A stretch of DNA of 64,000 nucleotides from an uncultured Bacilli bacterium (GTDB taxonomy: Bacteria > Bacillota_I > Bacilli_A > RF39 > UBA660), in the NCBI GenBank assembly GCA_958413985.1, contig CATYVZ010000006.1, positions 2,072 through 66,071 on the forward strand. Reading direction: 5' to 3'. The translations under genes and the position numbers were made by a program. Positions 18,524 to 26,372 of the stretch are shown piece after piece. How positions within the stretch are numbered: the first letter of the stretch is position 1; every line of letters starts with the position of its first letter. The notes below the pieces were generated by a model, which did not search any database, had not been told where the DNA came from, and saw only the letters and a list, made by a program, of their open reading frames with translations.

Positions 18524-20707
18524 TTATTTTTTAAAATCAGTTTCACTAATTTTACTTTCAACTATTTTAAACTTTTTATTTTCATATACTATTTTACAAT
18601 AATCAATATCAATATATTGTTCACCATCAATTGCTGACTTCAAATTACTCATTGTTGCTCCATGAGTAATGATTGCAAACTTCTTATAAGAACTATTAAC
18701 TAAATATTTTTCTAAAAAATACATTAATCTTTCCCTAACATGATTAATACTTTCACCATCAGCTACAACTTTATTATAATTAACAATTGCCTCTTTACCT
18801 TCTTGACTATTTAAAAAATCAGAAAGTGGTTTACCTTGAAATTTTCCCACATTCCAAGCTCTTAACTCTTTATGAAAAGATACTGGTATTTTAAAACCAT
18901 TATTAGCTAGTTCAACGGTTCTTCTAGTCCTAATAAGATCTGATGAATAAATATATTCAATTTCATTTTTCTTTAATTCTAAAGCAATTTTATTAATTTG
19001 CTCTAATCCTTTATCAGTAAATTTCAAAGATGCATCTTCAAATGTTCCTCTAATTTTATTTTCAACATTCCAATTAGTTTCACCATGTCTAAAAATATAA
19101 ATTTCTTTTTTGTCATTTTTTTTACTATTCTTCTCTTCTAACTTTTTCATTGGAGATAATCTATCTCTTAATCTGAAATCCATATTTTTATTATCGTTAA
19201 CAAAATCTTCTATTTTATTTATTTTTTTATCTGGAAAAAACATATTATAATATGCAATTGCTGTTTGAACATCTTGTTCTGACATTTCAAAGTGTCCTAG
19301 TTTAACTAACCCTAAGAAATCTTTATACTTATCCCTATCTAGTTGTTCACTTAATTCTTGATTTAATATTGAAGTATTAGAATTTAGATAATATTTTTTT
19401 ATAACATTTTTAGGTGATTTTATTAATTTTTGCATACTAACAGGCATGTTTTCTATTAATTTTTCATTTACAAGCCCTTGCTTTATGTAATCTTGTAATA
19501 TTCTAATATAAGCATAAAGCCTTATTTTTGCATCAGCAAAAAGGATTGCACTTGCATAATCTCTAATACCATTAGCTTTCATTAACGTAACTGTTTTAGG
19601 TGATATTTCTAATACAATTTTTTCTCTATATTTTGAACCATTATCAATATATGCTCTTGTAATTAAATTTGTCAATGTATGATTTAATGATGTTTCGTAA
19701 TTATCTTCATAGATATTTAATTGATCATCTTGAATACTATTTTGCCATGTACTAATGTTGCCATTATATTCTACAAGCCAATCTAATCCAAATCCACCAT
19801 CAGAATTATATACACGTGACGGAAAATAATTTTGTGATTCATCTAAATCTATGTCATACAGTTCTACCATTTTCATAAATGATTCATTATTATGTAGATT
19901 TGGTCTAAATGATGGATAAAATACCCTTGATATTCCAATTATTATTTCAAAACCAGAATCGAGTATTAATTTTGATTTCCAAGGCATTATCTTAATAATT
20001 TTATCATCATCAGATTTATTAGGTTGAAACTTTTCAATTTTATATTTTCTCCCAATTGTTTTTAGATTATTTTCTAATGTTGAATCTTCTTTAAATGTTT
20101 TTATTTGTAAAGTAAAGTTTTTATTATATCTATATTTAGATTCAAATATATTAATTAAGTTTTCTAACGGAAGATGTTTTAATTTAATACTATGATATTG
20201 ACTAACACTTAATCTAATAGAGATACGTGCTTTCTTTTTTCTTTTTTTGATAGCTTGATATATTTCATCTAAATATTTTTCCGCTCTTTCTTTATTATAT
20301 GCCCATAGACCACCAGTAACTAAAACTATCCTATCAGCGTTTATTTTTTCAATACTTTTTAATAGTGCTTCTTTTTCTAAAAAAGGCTCTCCGCCACCAG
20401 ATATTTGTAAATAACCAACATTTGCTTTATTAGCAAAATCAATAAATTTATCAACACCTTCAGGAGTAAATTGATTCTTAATATTCTTTTTACTAGCTGA
20501 CGATAAAGCTTTAAAACAGCAGAAAGGACAGCCAACATCACACACTGATGTAAACATAACCAATACCAATGATTTTCCTGCATATTTTTTCTTATCAATT
20601 TTTAATAAACCTTCTTGTTTATTAATTGAATCTATATACATTTCTGGATAATTAAATATATTTTCTATATTACAATCAATATTTTTTATTTCTTCTTTTT
20701 TCACCAT
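18524..20707 (-). CDS. fusion protein: N-terminal radical SAM domain, a central domain of unknown function, and a C-terminal histidine phosphatase (phosphoglycerate-mutase-like) domain
   Basis: CDVGCPFCC radical-SAM cysteine triad with a QISGGGEP SAM-binding motif. The C-terminus has IYIFRHGETNWN (RHG catalytic motif) and ...IITHGATM... typical of the His_Phos_1 superfamily. Confidence 0.75.
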   Translation of the reverse strand: MVKKEEIKNIDCNIENIFNYPEMYIDSINKQEGLLKIDKKKYAGKSLVLVMFTSVCDVGCPFCCFKALSSASKKNIKNQFTPEGVDKFIDFANKANVGYLQISGGGEPFLEKEALLKSIEKINADRIVLVTGGLWAYNKERAEKYLDEIYQAIKKRKKKARISIRLSVSQYHSIKLKHLPLENLINIFESKYRYNKNFTLQIKTFKEDSTLENNLKTIGRKYKIEKFQPNKSDDDKIIKIMPWKSKLILDSGFEIIIGISRVFYPSFRPNLHNNESFMKMVELYDIDLDESQNYFPSRVYNSDGGFGLDWLVEYNGNISTWQNSIQDDQLNIYEDNYETSLNHTLTNLITRAYIDNGSKYREKIVLEISPKTVTLMKANGIRDYASAILFADAKIRLYAYIRILQDYIKQGLVNEKLIENMPVSMQKLIKSPKNVIKKYYLNSNTSILNQELSEQLDRDKYKDFLGLVKLGHFEMSEQDVQTAIAYYNMFFPDKKINKIEDFVNDNKNMDFRLRDRLSPMKKLEEKNSKKNDKKEIYIFRHGETNWNVENKIRGTFEDASLKFTDKGLEQINKIALELKKNEIEYIYSSDLIRTRRTVELANNGFKIPVSFHKELRAWNVGKFQGKPLSDFLNSQEGKEAIVNYNKVVADGESINHVRERLMYFLEKYLVNSSYKKFAIITHGATMSNLKSAIDGEQYIDIDYCKIVYENKKFKIVESKISETDFKK

Positions 20708-20761
20708 TTTTCAACATCTACTTTCTTTGTTTTTTTTACAAGATTCCTATTATTAAACATA

Positions 20762-22201
20762 CTATCTTTTATTAAATTCTTTTATCTTTCTTTTTGCATA
20801 AGTGGTCTGTGCTTTATTTATCCAATCTTCTCTTGGCCCAAATGATAAATCATCAGTAACTATTCTAACTCTATCTTTATTTTGTAATACATAATCTACT
20901 GGTACATATTCATCATTTACAAACACTCCAACCATTGTGTTTCCTATATCTGTATGAATTTTATAGGCAAAATCTATCGCTGTCGCCCCTTTGGGAAGCT
21001 CTATAATATCTCCTTTAGTTGTATAAACATATACTCTATCAGCAAATAATTCACTTTTTACTTGATTTATAAATTGTTGATTATCTCCAAACATAGAATT
21101 TATTTCTGTTAACGATTTAAAAAATTGAAATTTTTCTTTTAGATTCTCTTGCATCACATCTCTTGCTTTTCCTTTTTGTTCATCCCAATATGCCGTTAAA
21201 CCAAACGATGCTACTTTGTCCATATCGAAAGTTCTAATTTGAGTTTGAACTAATCTATCATCAGGACCAAACACTGTCGTATGTAAACTTCTATACATAT
21301 TTGTTTTTGGATTACATATATAATCTTTAAATTTATCATTTATTGGATGATATTCTTGATGAATCAAACCTAATGTTAAGTAACAATTTTCTATTTCATC
21401 AACCATTATTTTTAAAGCAAGCAAATCATGAATATCTGATAATTTATGACCTTCATTTAATCTTTTGTATATACCATATATATTTTTAGTTCTTACTTTT
21501 ATTTCATTAGGTATATTCCTATTTTTTAATAATGTTTCTATTTTATATAGCATTTCCTTAAGACAGTTTTTACTTGTTTCTTCAATCTTTGTTTTTCTTT
21601 CTTCAATTTTTTTATACATGTCTGGTTTAAGATATTGTAAAGATAAATCTTCTAGTTCTGACTTTATTCTATATGCTCCGATATAATATGCAAGTGGTAC
21701 AAATATTTCCATCGTTTCAAGGGCATTTTCTTTTTGCTTAAATTCTGATTTAAACTCTAATGTTCTCATATTATGAAGTCTATCGGCAAGTTTTATTATA
21801 ATTATTCTTACATCTTCTGTTATTCCTGTTATTATCTTTCGAGTATTTGCTAAATTTTGATCTTGTTTCGAAGAAAAATTCATTTTAGATAGTTTTGTTA
21901 CTCCATCTACTAAATTAGCAATATTTTGGTTAAAATCATGGGCAATATCTTCTTTAGTAATATTAGTATCTTCTAAAGTATCATGTAAAAGACCTGCACA
22001 TACTGTATCTTTATCAGCATGCATGTCAGATAAAATATATGCAACATTCAAAGGATGACTTATATATGGTTCACCACTTTGTCTCATTTGTCCTTTATGC
22101 AAAGCATCTGCATATTCATAAGCCTTTTTTACAATTCCTATCTCATCTGGATTATATTCTTCTAGTTTATTTAATAAATCTTGTAACACAATATTATTCA
22201 T
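20762..22201 (-). CDS. RelA/SpoT homolog (long RSH; HD hydrolase + synthetase + TGS) that lacks the C-terminal helical/ACT(RRM) region. The true start is at 22201.
   Basis: HD motif LLHDTLEDT, synthetase motifs (IHDLLALKIMV; RSLHTTVFGPDDRLVQTQIRTFDMDKVASFGLTAYW) and a TGS domain (VYVYTTKGDIIELPKGATAIDFAYKIHTDIG). The ATG at 22201 has a GGAGGTG RBS. The 24-codon upstream extension in the ORF track lacks one. Confidence 0.8.
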   Translation of the reverse strand: MNNIVLQDLLNKLEEYNPDEIGIVKKAYEYADALHKGQMRQSGEPYISHPLNVAYILSDMHADKDTVCAGLLHDTLEDTNITKEDIAHDFNQNIANLVDGVTKLSKMNFSSKQDQNLANTRKIITGITEDVRIIIIKLADRLHNMRTLEFKSEFKQKENALETMEIFVPLAYYIGAYRIKSELEDLSLQYLKPDMYKKIEERKTKIEETSKNCLKEMLYKIETLLKNRNIPNEIKVRTKNIYGIYKRLNEGHKLSDIHDLLALKIMVDEIENCYLTLGLIHQEYHPINDKFKDYICNPKTNMYRSLHTTVFGPDDRLVQTQIRTFDMDKVASFGLTAYWDEQKGKARDVMQENLKEKFQFFKSLTEINSMFGDNQQFINQVKSELFADRVYVYTTKGDIIELPKGATAIDFAYKIHTDIGNTMVGVFVNDEYVPVDYVLQNKDRVRIVTDDLSFGPREDWINKAQTTYAKRKIKEFNKR

Positions 22202-22250
22202 CAAAACACCTCCGAATAGAAAAATAATCGGTGCTAAAAACACATAATGT

Positions 22251-22388
22251 TTAACTAGCACCGATATTATCATATTTGTTATTTAAAGCAGAATAGAAAC
22301 ATGAACAAATAATGTCAGTAAAATATTGATTTCTAACACTTAATTCTTTTACATAATCAATGATTAATTCATCAATTAGTTTTATCAT
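22251..22388 (-). CDS. small protein (45 aa), first gene of the operon
   Basis: MIKLIDELIIDYVKELSVRNQYFTDIICSCFYSALNNKYDNIGAS. It has a very strong RBS (GAGGGGGAA + 6 nt + ATG) directly downstream of the operon promoter. Confidence 0.45.
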   Translation of the reverse strand: MIKLIDELIIDYVKELSVRNQYFTDIICSCFYSALNNKYDNIGAS

Positions 22389-22420
22389 ACTAAATTCCCC
22401 CTCAAATAAATTTAAGCAAT

Positions 22421-22448
22421 ATTTTACTACTTTACAAAAAAATGTCAA
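22421..22448 (-). promoter_or_regulatory. sigmaA-type promoter (TTGACA-16-TAAAAT) for the operon small ORF -> rel-like -> rSAM/His-phosphatase -> B12-rSAM -> AlaRS-like -> S51 peptidase -> MBL hydrolase
   Basis: Minus strand reads TTGACAtttttttgtaaagtagTAAAAT, followed by intergenic gaps of only 5-54 nt down to 14171. Confidence 0.45.
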
Positions 22449-22499
22449 TAGTTTTATAAAAATAAATCACCGTTAAAACAATTAATATCTAAAATACAT

Positions 22500-23813
22500 C
22501 TAAAGTTGATTATCTAAATCATTTCTTTGGCCATCTTTTATTATATATTCTTCTTTAGTTCTTGAATCATAGACATAGGTTACCTTTTGTGGTGTATTAA
22601 CTTCTTCTTTTTTTATAAATATATTTTCTATCTTTTCTTTTACCTGTTCTTTGTTAAATGGTTTTGATATGTAATCTACAAATCCTTCTTTGATATATTT
22701 TTCTCTTGCTCCTGATACTGCATCAGCTGTTAATGCTATTACTGGTGTTTTAAATTCTTTATTTTCTTTTAATTTGGCTAAAGCTCTTTCACCACTCATA
22801 TTAGGCATCATTATATCCATCAATATTAAATCATATTCTTTTTCTTTTACTTTTTCGATGCACTCTATTCCATCATAACATTCTTCTATTTCAAAGTTAA
22901 AATCTTGCAATGCTTTAATTGCTACTTTGATGTTTAATTTATTATCATCTACTATCAATATCTTTTTGCCTGATAAATCTTTTTTGTTTTCGTTAGATAA
23001 CTCATTTATATCGATATTTTCTCTTTTTTGATTACTTATTTTCTGAGGTAAATAAACTACAAATATCGATCCTTTTCCGTATTGACTTTGAACATTTATC
23101 TTACCACCCATCATCTCTACTAATGACTTAGTTATAGCTAGTCCTAATCCGGTTCCTTCGGTTGTTGAATTCATCTCAACATCTAATCTTTCAAATTTAG
23201 TGAATAATTTGTTGATATTTTCTGCTTTTATTCCTTTCCCTGTGTCCTTAACACTTATGATTAATTTACATATATCTTTTTCATTGATACATTTTATTCC
23301 TAATGTTATCATACCTTTTTCTGTATATTTGATCGCATTAGACAATAAATTGTTGATTACTTGTTTTATATGAATCCTATCCCCGATTAATTCTTCCGGT
23401 AAATCTTCAGCTATATCTAATTTAAATTCGATTGGTTTTTCTTTTATTCTACTAGTCGTCACTTTACATAATGACACTATTTCTTTTTTTAAATTATATG
23501 GAGTATTGATAATTTCCATTTTTTCTGATTCGATCTTATTTATATCTAAGATATTACCTACTATTTCCAATAGCGTTTGTGAAGCATTTTGAATATCAGT
23601 AGCATCTAAAGCTACTTCGTTTGGTACTTGATCTTTATAGCTTACGATATCTTCACTTAATCCTACTATTGCATTTAATGGCGTTCTTATCTCATGAGAC
23701 ATACTACTTAAAAAGTCACTCTTAGCTCGATTAGCTTTCTCAGCTAAATCTTTTGCTAGAGTCATTTGTTGTAACATCTTAACATCTGGGTTTTCGATTG
23801 TAAAATACATGAT
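22500..23813. repeat. 1314-bp direct repeat, copy B (partner of 9228..10541)
   Basis: See copy A. Confidence 0.9.
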
Positions 23814-24413
23814 AATAACAATTAGCGAAAAAACATATCCTATTAAAAATAATTGTGGATAAAAAACACCTAAAACAAAAACTAAACCACCTAAAAAAAT
23901 TAAGGCATATAATGGTGTAAATTTAGATTTTACAATTTTCTTCATATATTTTATGCAAATAATTATATCAAACATTAAAAATAGCAAACACAAACCGTAA
24001 GTTAAATAAATTGATAATCCTTGCGGAATTATGGTATCGTCAACTCTAATAAAGTTGATTGGTAACAACAATATAATTAATACGATAAAAGCAACAATAA
24101 AATTAAATATTCTATTTCTATTTTCTTTATAGTTACATATATTTAACAAATAATTTAAAAACAATGCGCTCCAAACAGCATAATATGAAGATGTTAATTT
24201 AGAAAACAACTTATATATAGTTGTTTCAACAGATATTCCAGATTCATACCAAATACAAGTTAATATTTCTAAAAATAACCCCAATAATGTAACTATTAAT
24301 AACTTACTATAAATAGTTGTTTCACTATTTTTTACTCTTTGTTTTGAAAAAAACATAAATGACAAAATTAACAATATTAGTAATGAACTAATTGAAAAAT
24401 ACACACCCATCAT
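22500..24413 (-). CDS. Hybrid sensor histidine kinase, copy 2. Its multi-TM sensor domain differs from copy 1; the transmitter and receiver are identical to copy 1.
   Basis: The C-terminal ~437 aa are identical to copy 1. The N-terminal ~200 aa (about 6 TM segments) are unrelated in sequence. Start is ambiguous between GTG at 24422 and ATG at 24413 or 24410. Confidence 0.85.
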   Translation of the reverse strand: MMGVYFSISSLLILLILSFMFFSKQRVKNSETTIYSKLLIVTLLGLFLEILTCIWYESGISVETTIYKLFSKLTSSYYAVWSALFLNYLLNICNYKENRNRIFNFIVAFIVLIILLLPINFIRVDDTIIPQGLSIYLTYGLCLLFLMFDIIICIKYMKKIVKSKFTPLYALIFLGGLVFVLGVFYPQLFLIGYVFSLIVIIMYFTIENPDVKMLQQMTLAKDLAEKANRAKSDFLSSMSHEIRTPLNAIVGLSEDIVSYKDQVPNEVALDATDIQNASQTLLEIVGNILDINKIESEKMEIINTPYNLKKEIVSLCKVTTSRIKEKPIEFKLDIAEDLPEELIGDRIHIKQVINNLLSNAIKYTEKGMITLGIKCINEKDICKLIISVKDTGKGIKAENINKLFTKFERLDVEMNSTTEGTGLGLAITKSLVEMMGGKINVQSQYGKGSIFVVYLPQKISNQKRENIDINELSNENKKDLSGKKILIVDDNKLNIKVAIKALQDFNFEIEECYDGIECIEKVKEKEYDLILMDIMMPNMSGERALAKLKENKEFKTPVIALTADAVSGAREKYIKEGFVDYISKPFNKEQVKEKIENIFIKKEEVNTPQKVTYVYDSRTKEEYIIKDGQRNDLDNQL

Positions 24414-24461
24414 AACACCCACTTATTAATAAAATTTAACATCATTTACTTATCTCTAAAA

Positions 24462-26180
24462 TTATTTTTTTAGTGCCAATACTTTAGCTCTTTCTTCTGT
24501 TATAGTTTCACTATCTATTTGAGATAAATCTTTAGACTGATAATAAGATATATCAACCTTTGAGTTACTCATTCTTTTTAACGGCTCATAAGAATATTCA
24601 ATATATCCTGGTAACCAATTTTCACTTAAATTCTTTTTAACAAAAGATTTTAATTTCTTTTCGAATTGTTCTATATTTAAATTCTTATCATATAACGAAA
24701 TGTGATAGCTAGGAATAAATTGTCTAATTTCATCAGGCACACCAGTTACTAGTACTTCTCTAACTTGAGGAAAAGACATAATCAAGTTTTCTAATTCCTC
24801 AGGATAAATATTTTCAATACCAGAGACAAAATTTCTTTTTTGTCTTCCTACATATTTGTATTCACCAGTTTCTGTATTTTGAATATAGTCCCCTAGATTA
24901 CACCATTTTTTTCCATGTTCATCGTAAGAAATCACTTTTTTTGTTTCGTCAGGATTATTAAAGTAACCTAGCATTACAGATGGACCAGATACATAAAGCA
25001 ATCCTTTTTCACCATTATTGACTTCTTTTTTTGTTTCTGGGTCAACTAATTTAATTTCTAAACACGATAAAGCTTGACCAATCGTTCCGGGCGTGTGTTT
25101 TTTACCATTATTAATCATAATAGATGACCAAGTTTCCGTAGCGCCTAATCCATCACCTAATACTGCATCACTTCCACATAACTTTAATGCTTCATTAATA
25201 GCTTTTTCGGTTGTCGCTTTTTTAGCTTCCCCACCTGATGTAGCATAATGCAAATGAGATAATGAATCTTGTTTCAATCTACTGCTTGGAACGAAGTCAT
25301 CTCCTTTTTTTTCGATCAATGAAACCCAATGCGGTGGACCACCTACTGCTGCATTTGCTTTAGTCCTTACTAATTCATCATAAAAATCTTCTGGCTTAGC
25401 TTTCAATGTTAAAGCTAATTCCATGTTATTGCATAATGAATAATGCATAATCATTCTACCATAAACCATATGGCCGATTGGAATATTACCTAAATGGATC
25501 ATGCCCGGCTCAGCATCAAAAATGCCGTTCATACTTGCTACAACATGATTTAAGCCTTTTCCAGATAATTCTACACCTTTGTGAATCCCAGTCGAACCAC
25601 CAGTGAACATTACATCAGTAACCTCATCATCTATATAGATACCTTTTTTAAAGTCAGTACCATCATCCTTTTTAATAATCGAATTTAAATTTGAATTTCT
25701 TGACAATTTAAAATTACCTTTTTTTAATTGTAAAATTTTATATCCTAATTTTAATTTCATATCATTTACAGATTCTAATGGTGAATAAAGTATAGTCGAA
25801 AAATTTAAAGCCTTTTCATATTCCTTAAAATTACTATAACTCATATCGACAGAAATAATCATTTTCGGATGCGTTAATTCGATATCTTTTCCTACTTTTA
25901 TTTTATTATCGATAGGGCTTATACCTACCACTTCTGCACCTAATAAATCTAAAGCATATAACAAAAACACAGATTCAGGAGTATTTAAAGCGCAGACACC
26001 TATCATATCTCCTTGTCTAATTCCTCTTTGATATAATATTTTTGCATATTTATTTATCCTATCATGTAATTCTTCATAAGATATTTTTCTATCAAAAAAA
26101 GTTAATGCTGTATAATTCATATACTTGTCGTTATTGTTCAACAAAAAATTATACTTTCTATCATTTGGATTTGCCACCAT
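24462..26180 (-). CDS. adenylate-forming enzyme, copy 2 (AMP-binding superfamily), diverged from copy 1
   Basis: MFTGGSTGIHKGV P-loop-like adenylation motif. AAAGGGGGAAAA RBS. A TRTG-extended -10 (TGTGtTATAAT) lies at 26231..26247. Confidence 0.75.
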   Translation of the reverse strand: MVANPNDRKYNFLLNNNDKYMNYTALTFFDRKISYEELHDRINKYAKILYQRGIRQGDMIGVCALNTPESVFLLYALDLLGAEVVGISPIDNKIKVGKDIELTHPKMIISVDMSYSNFKEYEKALNFSTILYSPLESVNDMKLKLGYKILQLKKGNFKLSRNSNLNSIIKKDDGTDFKKGIYIDDEVTDVMFTGGSTGIHKGVELSGKGLNHVVASMNGIFDAEPGMIHLGNIPIGHMVYGRMIMHYSLCNNMELALTLKAKPEDFYDELVRTKANAAVGGPPHWVSLIEKKGDDFVPSSRLKQDSLSHLHYATSGGEAKKATTEKAINEALKLCGSDAVLGDGLGATETWSSIMINNGKKHTPGTIGQALSCLEIKLVDPETKKEVNNGEKGLLYVSGPSVMLGYFNNPDETKKVISYDEHGKKWCNLGDYIQNTETGEYKYVGRQKRNFVSGIENIYPEELENLIMSFPQVREVLVTGVPDEIRQFIPSYHISLYDKNLNIEQFEKKLKSFVKKNLSENWLPGYIEYSYEPLKRMSNSKVDISYYQSKDLSQIDSETITEERAKVLALKK

Positions 26181-26372
26181 ACAATTTTCCCCCTTTAATT
26201 AATATCAAAACTTCAATAGCGCTGCACGAAGTGATTATAACACAAAATTTTTTTTATGCTGGTTTTATGTTTGAAATAGGAAACCAAATGTTTTAACAAA
26301 AAAATAATTGTCTAAAACATATATTTTTATGTCTATTTTATTATAATCTTCAAAAGATTATCAAAAAAAAGA

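Noticed and set aside
20377-20598. 73-aa minus-strand ORF inside the rSAM-phosphatase gene
   Set aside because: Out-of-frame internal ORF with low-complexity Leu/Lys composition and no RBS.
22202-22273. 24-codon N-terminal extension of the Rel ORF in the track
   Set aside because: No RBS and a hydrophobic artefact. The ATG at 22201 has a GGAGGTG RBS and matches the canonical Rel N-terminus.
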